The notes under the pieces are model-generated. The model searched no databases. It saw nothing but the letters and a program-made list of their open reading frames with translations, and was not told the origin of the DNA. A stretch of DNA of 64,000 nt, from NCBI GenBank assembly GCA_951406725.2, contig OX597827.1, forward strand, positions 51,522,001-51,586,000. Reading direction: 5' to 3'. Below are positions 38,100 through 51,489 of the stretch, piece after piece. A program made the translations under genes and the position numbers. Within the stretch, counting starts at the first letter, position 1, and each line of letters begins with the position of its first letter. Origin of the DNA: Octopus vulgaris (taxonomy: Eukaryota).

Positions 38100-39447
38100 T
38101 TATCTGGAACAATTAATTGTGCGTGTAGAGATAAAACTAAATGTAAATTTAATAATAAATGTAATTTCGATGATGTAGTATATAAATGTGTAGTGACTAT
38201 GATTGATGATAATAATAGGAATGGTTATAATTTAAATGCCATTTACATATGGTCGACATTTAATAAAATTGAATTACGGGTGGCTCAACACATGAAGTCT
38301 TTTAAGAATAGAAATTTAATTAATTCTACTGGCCTTAGTAAATATATATGGCAACTAAAATATAAAAATATTAAATACAATTTATATTGTGAGATAGTTT
38401 GTAAGGCAAAATCATATCGAATAGGTAGTAATTTTTGTGTATTATGTACTAACGAATTTAAGGAGATATTATTAACTAATAATAAAAATTTAATTAATTC
38501 CCTAGACGAACGAAAAATTGAATGTAGACATAAATTAAATTACTTATATAATAAGTTTAGCTAATTTGTGTATACATATATAAACCCTGCTTTATGTTAC
38601 TAATTGTTGTAGTTGTAAAATGTGTATAAATTAGCATGAGATTATATAGTCTATATTACATAATTAGAATAAGTTGAAATTTAGATGCTTATAAAATAAA
38701 TAAATAAATGAAAATAGATTAAATTATAGAATTTTAGCTTAATTTAGGTTTATTATATTATGTATTTTACGTATTTAGAATTTAAATTATTTAGACTGTA
38801 CAATTTTTCCAGTTAATAGTATATTAAATTTAATTTTTTTTCCTTATTCTTACAGCTAAAATACATTTGTAATTTTAATAGTTTTAATACATATTTCTTC
38901 TATTAATTCTATTTACGCCATATTTTCACGCTATATATTTCTTATAAACGCTAAATTCTACGTTATACATTTAAATTTTTACTTAACGAAAACCCTTCGA
39001 TAAGATAAGCTATATTTTTATGTTAAGAAATATTGTTAAATGCTTTTCAATTATTTATAGTTAATACACGTTAATTTGTTAATTAGTATAAGTTAAGATA
39101 AGTACATTTATTCTATTATTATTATTTATTATTTATTATCTTAGACCTGATGAGTGACTATATCTTTAAATAGAATTAATTTTAGTTCGATTTAATTTTA
39201 AATCGAATTGATTTTATCATTATTATCTATTTGAAAATATAGCCACGAAACGCGCGTTGTCTTTTTACTATTATTTACTATCTATTGTACTTTATTAATT
39301 TTTAGAATAAGTTTTTTTTATAGTATATGTTTTCTATATGGTGTAAATAACATGTTTCTTTATTGAATTGTTTAATAGTTTAAATTATATACATATATTA
39401 TATATTGTGAAATTTGATTTAAAATTATTAAATTGAATTATATTCCC

Positions 39448-39450
<3 letters not shown>
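38100..39450 (+). mobile_element. Penelope-like element 3' end: GIY-YIG endonuclease remnant, AT-rich 3' region and hammerhead
   Basis: CACRDKTKCKFNNKCNFDDVVYKCVV..YIWST...RVAQHMKSF....TGLSKYIWQLK...C.LC..E is the PLE endonuclease pattern. Ends at (TA)n. Confidence 0.85.
39143..39262 (+). ncRNA. Type I hammerhead ribozyme with very long stem II
   Basis: agac-CTGATGA-[gtgactatat...atatagccac]-GAAA-CGCGCG-TT-gtct. Intact core, 4-bp stem I, palindromic minimal stem III, GUU cleavage triplet. Confidence 0.8.

Positions 39451-39512
<62 letters not shown>
39451..39512. repeat. (TA)n microsatellite (others at ~16239, 31568, 41155, 49714, 54366)
   Basis: Perfect dinucleotide run. Confidence 0.97.
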
Positions 39513-39514
<2 letters not shown>

Positions 39515-39779
39515 TGCAGGAGTAGCTGTGTGGTAAGTAGCTTGTTTCCCAATCACATGGTTCCGGGTTCAGTCTCACTGCAAGGAACGTTGAGCAAGAG
39601 CCTTGTGAGTGGATTTACTAGACGGAAACTGAAAGAAGCTCGTCGTATATATATGTGGGTGTGTTTGTGTTTGTCACCACCACCCCCATCGCTTGACCGA
39701 TGCTGGTGTGTTTACGTGCCCATAACTTAGCGGTTCGGCAAAAGTGACCGATAGAATAAGTACCAGGCTTACAAAGAAT
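39512..39779 (+). mobile_element. SINE family A, truncated copy
   Basis: Same head and body, truncated at cttacaaagaat. Confidence 0.85.
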
Positions 39780-39789
39780 TTTAATACAC

Positions 39790-40230
39790 TCACTGTATTC
39801 GTGACTGTCACTCCCGTGTGGGTCACTACAGTCCCAACAGACGCTGCACCACCATCAGCAGCTCTCTGCCGGCGTTACTGATTTTTCCTTCTGTCGAGTG
39901 CGCTTTTCTTAAGTAGCGAGTTCCTGTTTTTCTTCTCGCTTCATCCACTTTCGCAGAATTTGTCTCTAGCGTGAGCGATCACTTGTCACCTCCTTCCATC
40001 TCAGGACGTCCAGATCAAGTGACTTCATATATCTCTTGTAGACATCCTTCAAACGAAGATGAGGTCATTCTCGTGCTCTTGTGCCGGTGGCCAATCCCTC
40101 ATACAGGCGGTCTTTTGGGATCTTCCCGTCCGGCATGACCGAGCCAGCGCAGGCGACTCTGCTAGACTCTGCTAGGATGAGCATACTGAGTATCTTGGCA
40201 CGGTTGAGGACTTTTGGTGTTGATGATGCG
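39790..40230 (-). mobile_element. RTE LINE 3' fragment
   Basis: SRLRWLG, IPKDRLYEGLATGTRAR..PHLRLKDVYKRDMKSLDLD..WKEVTSDRS. Confidence 0.8.
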
Positions 40231-40290
40231 TCTCAAATTATATATATACAAACACACACATGTATACATAAATATACATACATCTATACA

Positions 40291-40355
<65 letters not shown>

Positions 40356-40356
40356 G

Positions 40357-40404
<48 letters not shown>
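40291..40404. repeat. (TATC)n microsatellite
   Basis: About 28 near-perfect units. Confidence 0.97.
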
Positions 40405-40405
<1 letters not shown>

Positions 40406-40439
40406 ACACTTTGGTCTCTTATATATAAGTATATATATA

Positions 40440-41146
40440 TATCTAAATTTTGTACGACTCTATTATTCTTTCTATTCTTTCATTCTTTCCTTCTTTCTAT
40501 CAGCCCCTTCACAATTACTTCCTTCATTCCACTCATCGTTCTCCCTCTCTCACATTTCCTGGCCTTCTCTTCATGCTCACCTTCCCTCCCCTTTCACATT
40601 ACTCTGTCCCTTTCATTTTTTTCTCGTCTTCTCCTTAATTCTTCTATCCCTCTGCCACTACCTCTCTCTCTTCTCTTCCCACGTGACCGGTGTTTGACCA
40701 AGCCTGACCTTTCTTTCTTGGTTCGACTACCATCTGTACAACATCTATATTCCTTCCTGTGCCTGTCAAACCTTATGTCCCGACCGTAAGGCTTTACTTC
40801 CACACACGCCAGCTTAACTGAATTCATCCTTAGTCGAAAGACTCCTGTTATTTGTATTTGTCTACCATTTCTCCGTTTTTTTTCTGCCCTTGTTTTCATA
40901 TACATTCGCTGCTTTCTTCCCAGGAATCTAGTGCTCTTAGCTTAGTTTTTTCTTGGGGCTAACCAGATTGGAGCAATCTCGAATATAACCAGCCGAAATT
41001 GCAAAGATAATCTGGAACTCGACTGAAGAAAGAAAACTCCGAATGACCCGTCCTTGTTTTCTTTGTATCGTACGTCTGTCTGGATGTCTTATCCTCTTTT
41101 TTGCATCACCTAACTGTCTGGATGTTTTGCGTTCTTGTCCCATTTT

Positions 41147-41150
<4 letters not shown>
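40440..41150 (+). mobile_element. Non-autonomous Penelope-like terminal region between microsatellites
   Basis: CT-rich body between (TATC)n and (TA)n, with tandem degenerate hammerhead-like cores at 40945-41052. Same layout as 30705-31915. Confidence 0.45.
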
Positions 41151-41214
<64 letters not shown>

Positions 41215-42279
41215 CGACAAAATTATTTTTAAAAATATGGCGTTACCTCATTCTTTAGATATATGAACAGAAATATTCGACTATATTAGTGTAGTTCTGA
41301 AATGATTCAATAGATTTTTTAATCTTGCTTTGCAGAATTCCAGTGTTTTATAGTATTTCGAACAATTGCTAGTTTGTGCTTTAATAAATAAAAATTAGTT
41401 AAATAAAATATCAGTGGAACATTCTTGAAAAGAAATTATTTCCCATAATTCGACCAATTGTCAATTCGAGCAACTGTTACTTCTATCAACTGTTTCTCAG
41501 TCATGTCTTCGGTAAATTATATTTTGATCAACTGATTTTAATCTACTGTCAGCATACTATATATTAATAATAATTTCAAATAAGAGTAAGAATAGAAATT
41601 ATCCTAATTATTCTTAATTAATAGAAGAAAGTTGTGTTTAGAAACACTGACCGTATGAAATAACACATAAATAAGTGTTTGTGCTAAATTTTGAATTATA
41701 TATAAAAGATTTGAGAGGAAGATATTGTGAATTAATTATTCGAATTTGGCGAGAGAATATCTACAATTTAGTTGTAATTAAACTTTACCGTTAAGTAGAG
41801 GAATTAAAAACATTTAGGGTTTAAAAACAATTAAATGGTGAAGTTAATGATGAGAGTTAACTCCCTTGAAAAATATCTATTAATAAAAAAAATATAACAT
41901 TCTCTAAAAATTCACAAAATGAATATTTTTATTGTTTTTCTTTTTGTATGCACCAATTATGTGTACAATTTTTAGGGGAATCGTGATTCTAAATAAAAGC
42001 CGAAACCAGAATTCAAATGATTTTTCTAAAATATGGATAGAAACAGACAACTGAACGCCTGGAAATTTATATTTTATTTTAGTATATATTCTTAGCTTCT
42101 TTATATATGTATACATATACAGACACATATCAACATATTTACATGCATTTGTGAGTATACACATTAATAAATATGCATACATCTTGAGAGGAAGAGAAGG
42201 GTAAGCATATATAGAATAAATACTGAAAGAGATTGGGGGACATTAGTGTTAATATTTTTAATGAAAAAATGTCTTAGTG

Positions 42280-42573
42280 AGAAATTCGGACTGAGGCTGG
42301 CTTAATTAATCCAAGACACTGTCTATGTAAACAAACCTAAGCCCTACCACCCAACACCACAACTAGGCCATCATGGATTATTTCCCTTCCCAAGTTTCTT
42401 GCTTTTCAGCAAACCCCAATCAATAGAAAACGTGCGCATTATCTGAGCTATGTCCCGTTTTCCAGGCTGTCAGACAGATCTAATATGCTTTAGAAAATAG
42501 AATTGGAAAATCTGACAGAAACATTGCTTGTGACAATATCGAAATATCTCATTTCAAAATCTCCCATGTAAGT
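42280..42573 (+). promoter_or_regulatory. Possible non-coding first exon of the zinc-finger gene
   Basis: Non-repetitive stretch ending in CAT|gtaagt at 42567/42568, containing only short ORFs. The link to the 55632 exon is inference. Confidence 0.3.
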
Positions 42574-45264
42574 TAACATTGATAACGATGCTAATCTGTA
42601 TGTGTAGGCAAGGCTGTATGTTCAATGTATATACGTGTAAGCGTACGCAGTCTAAATATGTGACAATGTTTATAGTTATGTACATCTATTCTCTACACAG
42701 TTATTATATGCATGCATTTGCTTACGACCTGTCTAATGCTATGCAGATACATGTAATTATTTATTCTTGGCAGTTGGCATGCTGCAAAACAATATTTCTT
42801 GTGTTCGTGATTTTTTGATGAGGATTTTGTTTGTTTATTTGTTGCACTGTCCCTTTCTTCTGCTCGCCTCGCACCCACCTCTTTATTTCTATTTCTCTCT
42901 TCTTACTCTCTGCTTCACTCATTTTTACTCCGCCCTTCCCTCATTTATTTTCCTTACCTCTTCATCCCTCGAGTGCATGTGTGCTTAATTGTATCAAAGT
43001 TACGCGCTTTCATGTTTTTCTTGCAGTCTGGTTTACTCCAGACGGGCTCTGAATTCGGGCAGATTCATATTGTTTCCTGCCAGTCTACCTGCTTTCTCAT
43101 GGATACATGCAAGGAATTTATGGATCCTGTTTTAGCATTTAGCATGTCTTAATTAAAGATGCTTTCTCTGTGGATCATTCATCTAATTTTTTTTTTTTTT
43201 ATTGCTTAACTAAGAATCAAGCTGAAAGCAGAGAATATGCTATTAACCTCCTTGCTAGTACTCATTGCTTGAGTCTGTAATACGGCAACCCCTTTTATTG
43301 AATAAAACTGAGTCTAGATAGTATTTGAATACCTCTGCATTAATAAAATATCCGAATGGCGTCATTACCATATATGCGTGTCAGAAATGCAGGTTTAGAA
43401 AATGATGTTTTGCAGTAATAGTCCATTGCTAAGTGTTTTTGCTCACACCACCATCATCATAACCGCTTTTTCATCATCACCATCATCATCATCAGTATTA
43501 TTTCTCTCAGTAAATTATATTGTCATTTAGGCAAAACTTATAAATGCATAAACTTGCTGAAGAACAACGTCAATTATGTTAATTTCAACCGCAAGTGTAG
43601 AACTTCAATAAGGTCAGGGTGGTCAGAAGGTGCTTTAAGGAATTCACCTAGGAGAATCGAAACTTTAATGCAAATTCGATTTTGATTCACTATATTTAAT
43701 GCTTCCCAGTAGTGTTTCTCACAGTGGGATGAATATATATAAATATATATATATATGAGGATTGAAAGGGGGTGGACAAATTGGCATGTTTAAACTTCAA
43801 TTTGACCATCACTGATAAATAAAGAAGAATTATATGGATATAAAATCTATTGCTTTCTCATTAATAGAGAGTGATACTTGTCTGTTTGAGACACCCTGTT
43901 ATAATATATACAAACGAATACATTCCGTTTATACTATGTGAATGAAATACTTGGTTGATATACACTTATTTAAAGCTTTATGAGGTACAGATGATATTGG
44001 TTTATTTATTAGATACGTCTATCACCTGTTTATGTATATAAGCAACGCTTTATGAAATACCCATCAGTACCATTTATTCAATCTTTGATTCTAGTCTAGT
44101 CTGGAATTTTAGCCTCTGATTCTATAATGTATTGAAAATCTCCACAATATCGCTAATTCATAAAGATGACAATAGTAAACATAAGATGGCAACATTGTTG
44201 GAATATAAGAATCTGTTACATATTCATTTTTAAAGATGTTTTGGAAGCAAGATATTTCGTAGGCCACTTATGTCAACTGGTACAAGTATCATATTCCTTT
44301 TTAAAACATTGTATTGACAGAACTGTTACATACTGATTAATAAGTGACAGCCACAGGACCTGTCATAGATTTACTTTTCCTACATTATAGGATTAGTAAA
44401 TAATTGGTAGCAGGTTCATAGTTAGTACTGAAACCTAATACATCACATAAAAGCTGATACATTCATTTTGCTGTCATTGTCATCTAATTTGTGGTCCATC
44501 TGTTATCTTTCACATTGTGAACTAATCCTTTTTGATTTCTCTCAGCAAATCTACTTACTCCAGTTTGCCTTATTAAATAGGCTCCACTCCTTCTCTTGAG
44601 TAACTGAGCATCTTAGAAATATATGACTAAATAGCAGTAGATCCCCCATTGCTCACCTTTTCTGCTCATCAGATCCTTCATCGTGGTACCTCTCCATTTT
44701 TTATCTTGTCTTATACTATGGTTCTCCTGTATCCCATATGTGATGGGAACAGCTCATCTTTTAAGTGGATTAACTCAACCTCACAGGTTAAATAACTAGC
44801 TTGATTGCTCTTTTTTGGGGGGGGCTGCATACACCCACAAAAATTTCACACATATGCTATTCTCTTCACATGCCTGTATACATACCATCCACACCACCAT
44901 AATTCACTAAACACATACATACACATATACACATTATACACACTTGCAAATAAACCACATACCCTGTACTTCCCTTCACTATCACTCTCTTTCTTATAAA
45001 ATTCCATTTCCTATCCTTACCACCTTTGTTTCATGATTATAAACTCATATGCACATGATTTTCTTTTTTGCTTTTTTATTCCTTCCTTTCTCTTTTTATG
45101 ATGAAAGACAAATATTTCAAAATGTAAGAAGATTCATGTACTTTTCTTTATCCCTGCATGTGCTAATTTATTAACTTTGCATTTCCATTATTTCTTTGTG
45201 TTGTATTTAAAATACTGTCTTAGACAAAACATACACACATTGAATAGTAAAAATCAGAAAAGCA

Positions 45265-45632
45265 TCTCTACAGCTGTTTCAGTAGCTAGAGTAAAAGCAC
45301 CATCATTTATGTGATTATGTAATTAACATATATAATTATTTAATTATCACATTTAATGTGAAAGGTTAACAATTTTCTCTAGAGAAAAAAAAATGGAAAT
45401 TAAAATGCTGTTGCTGTTTTAAATAATCAATGGGACAGAGAGAAGAAAAAAAAAGACAGATAAAATAAAACCCAAAGAGAAAAAAATAAAGAGGAAAGGA
45501 AAAAATTTCAGAAGGAATGAATGATGTTTTCTGAGAAACTGGATAGCCCATTGCATTTAAATTAATTATGGTAGTTAATTACATAATTATAAAAACGATA
45601 ATTTACTCTATCAATTGAAGTAGCTGTAGAGA
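45265..45632. repeat. Degenerate inverted repeat (~80-bp arms) with hammerhead-like ends
   Basis: Left tctctacagctgtttcagtagctagagtaaa...gattatgtaattaac matches the reverse complement of right gttaattacataattata...tttactctatcaattgaagtagctgtagaga. Confidence 0.7.
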
Positions 45633-46184
45633 AAATCAAACTCTGAATCATATATGAAATTTATGATTTTTCTGCTTTTCTAAATATGTTGCTCTGAACT
45701 ATCATTTTAACTGATTCTATATATACAAGTAAATTTACTCCACTAATATTCGTTATAATGCTATTATGTATTCAAGTTTAACAGTGTGTTAATAATTGAG
45801 TTCTTAAATACAGTGGATATATTTTATGATGTTTATACACACTTTTCCAGTGTATGGTATTTGTAAGTTTGTGTTATTAACAAAATAAAGAAAATTCAAC
45901 ACACATTGTAGAATAATATATTTTGTATATTATTGTAGACTATTTTAAATATTGCCAGCCAGTGTGAAACTCTAGGTTATGGCTAGAATAAAACAATATG
46001 CACCCTCAATAAAATAATATATAAATACTGCTACTCAAATTCAAGTGACTTCTCCATGAACATTTGAATTCAAGTAACAACTAAAGAAAAAATTGCTGTT
46101 AAGTCCTATGAGGAAGAAAATAAAAGAGACTGAATCCATTCAACATTCTAATTCCCTTCTTTCTTATTATTGTTCTTATTTGAT

Positions 46185-46573
46185 AGGAGGCACAATGGCC
46201 CAGTGGTTAGGGCAGCGGACTCGCGGTCATAGGATCGCGGTTTCGATTCCCAGACCGGGCGTTGTGAGTGTTTATTGAGCGAAAACACTCAAAGCTCCAC
46301 AAGGCTCCGGCAGGGGATGGTGGTGATCCCTGCTGTACTCTTTCACCACAACTTTCTCTCACTCGTACTTCCTGTTTCTGTTGTACCTGTATTTCAAAGG
46401 GCCGGCCTTGTCACTCTCTGTGTCATGCTGAATATCCCCGAGAACTACGTTAAGGGTACACGTGTCTGTGGAGTGCTCAGCCACTTACACGTTAATTTCA
46501 CGAGCAGGCTGTTCCGTTGATTCGGATCAACCGGAACCCTCGTCGTCGTAACCGACGGAGTGCTTCCATCCCA
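46185..46573 (+). mobile_element. tRNA-derived SINE family C, young full copy
   Basis: Head ggaggcacaatggcccagtggttagggc...ggtttcgattcc (A and B boxes), (ccatc) tail, 11-bp TSD TCTTATTTGAT at 46174-46184 and 46574-46584. Confidence 0.92.
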
Positions 46574-49018
46574 TCTTATTTGATTCTCTTTAAATCTCTA
46601 TATGATTTGAAAAAGTCAAAATAACTTACATGATTTTCATAAATTAAATTTCAATATTACACTGCTGAAAAATTAATTAAGATTAAAATAAGTATATGTA
46701 ATTGGAATTCTATTACTTGTGTGTGTGTGTGTATACATACAGATGTTACTCAGTGTTACTCAAGAAAGATGTCTCTGCCTTGTGTGGACATGTGCTATGA
46801 ATGGGCAATAAAGGTTGGGTTAAAAATAGCCTGAGATTTCTGGTTTTATGATACAAAACCTTTCATCTTAAATTAAAATCTGTCAAATTCATGAAAGAAG
46901 CTTTTTATTAAGTTATGTTTCAAACAGCAGTTTAATGATAAACATTTGAAATATGGTCACATAATGGTTGAATATTAAAGATTAGTTAAAGTATTGAAGG
47001 CCTTAATAAAAATAAAATTACCTTTTTAAAGAAAAAGTTCTGTAAATATTGAATAAATACTGTTTAATACAGTAACAGTAGTCTAATGACAAAAAATAAT
47101 TTAGGATGTAGTTTTCCTGTTCATGAAGGTTTATAATCTACATTGCACAACACTAATTGTAAAAATAGCTATATATTAAGTCAGTGTAGTTCCCACTGAA
47201 ATCCAAGTTATACAATAACCACAGACCAGTAATTGTAGCAGGATGAAAACTTAATTGGCTTAATTCTGTGCTTTCTAATGCATACATTCCAATCTCTTGA
47301 AGTGTAATCTAAGTACCCTATATCAGTTCTTCTGTTATATGCCCTCATTTAAAGATTTTTTTTACCAGCAGAATACATCATCCATTTGTGTTACTTGTAA
47401 ACTCCAATCATTGTGGTTGAGCTCATATTGATTTAACAATATATTTGCTCTTATTTAGTTACTACTTGAAACTGCCCTACAACATTCAACAAAGAAATTC
47501 ACTTCATAACTTTGGTCCTAATGCATAATACTTTCAACAAATATCTTTTTCCATAGCCTTAGCTCAGCCTTATGAGTGATATCAAGCTGAGGCCTGTCAT
47601 ACTGATGGTACCTTTGTCCTGATGAACTCCACCATCATCACCTGGCCTTTGAGCACCTTTAGCAGACCCCAGTCAGTTGCAAGCATTTGAACCAGATCTC
47701 TGATCTCAAAATATCTTCTTTCTAGCTTCCAGTGTTGGAGGCCTTTAAATATATGATGGTTGCTGCTCTTCCACTTCTAAGTCATAATAAAAAAAAATAA
47801 GCAACTTTTCAGGTGAAGAAAAATTTCCTTTTATCATTGACTAATAGAATCCCCCAAACTTCTTCCACATTCTCTGTGACTTACAAAGTAACAGTAGCTT
47901 TGTTTCAATCTGTAATATATTTACCTTGTTATTTACATAACCTCCTTACTTTGGTTGATAACATGGTACTAATACATGTAGTACACTTAATGTGTTGTTT
48001 GTACTTGGGAAACTTCTTCAACATTTCTAAAGCTATTCGTTGCATTCCATTCCATATATAAGCTAAGTTAGATGTTACTCCTTGGTTTTGAGCATAGAAA
48101 TTCTCATATGACATGGGTTTTGAATGTTCATACTGCCACCTAAAACTTTAGTTTAGGCTTATCAAGGATGACCATCAGTTTTATTTTATTAAAAAAATTT
48201 TTTTTTCATACTTTCACAACATACTTTCACATACTTTAACATGTGAGGCTGATCAAAAAGAAATTATGTTACTTGTGTGAAATGTATGTCATAGTCAAAA
48301 CTTCAGTAGTTGCATATTTGTGCAGATCTGCTCCTCTTTTGTTTTATGTTGGGACTACCAACTGGTCTCATTAGTCCTGAACAGCAAGAATACATTAACA
48401 GATACAGATTTTTTTTTTCTTATTTCCTCCTAATTACCCTTGGATTTATTTGCCTAAAATAAACACTCAGACTAGTATTAGAAAGATAGTCTGTTTGCCA
48501 TTTTAGATTTACTCTAAAATAAACCTAAATAAGCCCAAACATGTAAATTTTGGTGTATGTGTGTGTATGGGCATTGGTCTTAACATTGACTGATCTAGAA
48601 TCATTTTAAAAGAATTAAAGTAAAAGATACAGTATTAATTCTTTTCTTCTTTTTTTTAATAATGATGCTAGCATTTTACTTGTGAAAAGCAAAGTTAATT
48701 GAATTAACACTTCATATGTTACTGATAATTTTTGTCATAACAAAAAGGATAAAAAGTAAAGCTGACTTTAGTTAGATTTTAACTCTGAACTATACAACAC
48801 TAGGAAAAATTTAACAATTATCTACAAAGTCTAATGTTAATAAACATCAGTAAAACGTGTTAGTTGAATGTATTGGTTGAAATGAGAAATAGTTTTTATA
48901 TATTAAAACAAAATTCTTCTTGGTAAAAGTATCACTTAACATTGTTCATTAGATTGTCTATGGGTCACATACTCTCACCTGTGCTGTGTTGTATCTGGCA
49001 AAGACACTAGGTAGACCA

Positions 49019-49380
49019 AATATTGTAATATTGAAGAGCAGCTTATATTATAGGGTAAATGATGAGATTGTACTGCAGCTCAAATAGTGATATTGGAGGG
49101 CATCTACAATGTAATACTGATGTTTGGACAAAAGTGTAATATTATATGCCATGACAACATGTAATATCAGAGCAGCTATATTATTATATTGTAGGACAAG
49201 AAAAATATTATATGACATGACATGCCAAATTGTGATATTATGAGCCAAAATGTGATATACAGCAAGACAAAATATAATACTAGAGTGGAATCAAAATGAT
49301 ATTTTTGAGATATAATGTATTAGATTGTAGAGCACATTAAATTTTGTAGAACAGTAAAAAGCTGGATATTGTTGAGCAGG
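49019..49380. repeat. Degenerate minisatellite, consensus like aaatgtgatattgtagagcagc
   Basis: Recurrent tgt(a/g)atat(t/c) and agagca motifs every ~20-30 bp. Confidence 0.5.
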
Positions 49381-49688
49381 CATAGTTTGAAACAGTAAAA
49401 TTGACATTTTGCTTTCTCTATTGCTGTAACTGATGAAACTGAGTTTGCTTTTTATATTTATATGAGTTAATGAAAATTAGTGTCGGAAATACAGGAGATA
49501 AATTTCACCATATAATATGTTATATGAGTTTATGTTTGTATGCATAGGCTGTAGTTCTACCAGTGTCACATGTAACACCACTAAGCTATAAAACATTTGT
49601 CAAAAAACAAATATTTCTACTTGCAAAGGTTCATGAATTGGTACTTGCTTGAGGAAGTATTGTGTGTGTGTGTGTATATATATATACT

Positions 49689-49759
<71 letters not shown>

Positions 49760-49760
<1 letters not shown>

Positions 49761-51400
49761 AATAAAAAAAAACAGGAAAAAACAAAAGTCAATTAGACGT
49801 ACACAGTGAATATATTAAATTGATGTTCAGTAAACATTTTAGTTGGAAAAATAGGAGTGGAAATGATGTTTTGAGCATGCCTCTTCATCTGAAAGAGGAA
49901 AAAGTTCCAAGAGGAAGAAAAGGAGGAAGAAATGGATAGTCCAGAGAAAAGCACATATATTATTACACATGCGTCATTACATGGTTGAAAAATAACTGAC
50001 CAGAAGTTGGACGAGATAGAGAATGTGGTTGTAGAAAGGCAGAAGGGTGCAAAAATGGCCACTGTGTGTGAGTATGTGTGTGTGTGTGTGAGTGCATGTG
50101 TGTCACTGTGTATACATGTGTTTGTGTGTGTGCATATGAGTGTGTGTGTACAGGTATGTGTATGTATATATGTTTGTGTGCCAGTGTGGGCAAGGAGTAC
50201 ATGCTATGATATGCAAACGTGTGTGTGTGTGGGGGGGGGATCTGAGTTATGTATGTGGGTGTGGGGGGGGGATCTGAGTTATGTATGTGGGTGTGTGGAA
50301 GGTGTGGAAGATAAATGGAATGAGAAAAAAGGAGGAGACATCAGAGGAAAGGAGAATGAGAGGGAAAAGAGAGTTGGAAGCAGTTACAAGAAGGAATGGG
50401 TTGTGTTAAGCCCAAACAGTGTATGAGTTTGTTGTGTGAAAGTCTGGTGGAAGTGGTTCCATGGTGTTAGGCCAGGCTGAAGTCAGTGGGGTGTTTGGTG
50501 GAGTGGTTGGCTGAGCAGAATTGACAGGTGATGGTGGTGTGGGGGTGGGGGAGATTTTGGAGGCAGATATCTCATAAATGTTCTGCAAATCTGTCAGCTT
50601 GATGGTGGCCAGACTGTCCAACATATAATGGGCTGCAAAGGGTACATTTGAGGCAATAAATGATGTTGGAAGAGATACAAGAGAAAGAGTCAAGGATATG
50701 AATAGTGTGTTGACTAGTCCCAGTGAGGGAGGTGCTGTTGGTGTGGCACTGGGGTCTGGAGCAAGGGAAAGATCCAGGGAGAAGGGAAGGGCTACAGACC
50801 AGTTGCTAGCATAGGTTTCAGGCTCATTTGAAGGAGGGAAGGTGGGTTAGGGAAAACAGAAGGTTGCAGGATTGGATAAAGGTTGAAAGGCCTGTAAGAT
50901 TTTCTAATGAAGGGGTAGGGTAGAGGGGTCGAAAAAGAGGGGAAAGGAGATGCAGGTGAGAGACAGGTGTGAGGAAAGAGAGAGGGCTGAAGTGCAGTCA
51001 ACTTAGTATGCACAGGTAAGGGCAACATGGACAAGATTGGAGGGTATTCACAATGAGTGAATAAACGGGCCAAATATTGAGACTGAGTCTCAAAATCTCA
51101 GTCACAGCTGCACAGACATCAGGGATGGAGGAATTAGGAGTAGTGGATATACCATTTAGTTTGGGAGGGGTGGAAGGAGAAAATATTGAGGTGGAGTTGG
51201 GAATCAGTAGGTTTGAAGATGGTGAAAGTGGTAGAGAATGATTGAGGGCATCATTAGAGAGAGAGAGAGAGAGTTGTCCAGGAAGTTGAAAGAGATGACA
51301 GAGGTGAGCTCAAGGGATGGATGAAAGGTAGAAACAGAAGAGGTGAAATTACTGAGTCGTTTACTGCAGTTGTCTATGTACTGACTATAGTTCTAGGTAG
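49760..51400 (-). mobile_element. Penelope-like element 3' part with GIY-YIG endonuclease remnant and terminal repeat
   Basis: Minus strand ~50570-50695 reads FSCISSNIIYCLKCTLCSPLYVGQSG...DRFAEHL. Degenerate hammerhead core (CAGATGAAGAG..CTCAAAAC) at 49863-49893. Confidence 0.8.
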
Positions 51401-51489
51401 GTCAGTGGCTTGAGAGAAGATTTAGGCCTTGACATAATCAACAAATAAGTGGGCAAAGTTGGAGCTCTTTCTCACTCCCACAGTGACTC

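Noticed and set aside
43615-43900. Tc1/mariner-like MITE (cagggtg...caccctg)
   Set aside because: Only ~7 bp of inverted match and no clean TA TSD.
46186-46260. tRNA gene
   Set aside because: The tRNA-like head continues into a SINE body with a TSD and has an imperfect cloverleaf. The same applies to the other tRNA-like heads in the window.
49424-49496. ctgta-a-CTGATGA...GAAA-tacag hammerhead-like arrangement
   Set aside because: Stem II is poorly paired and there is no room for stem III or the NUH triplet. At best a heavily decayed remnant.
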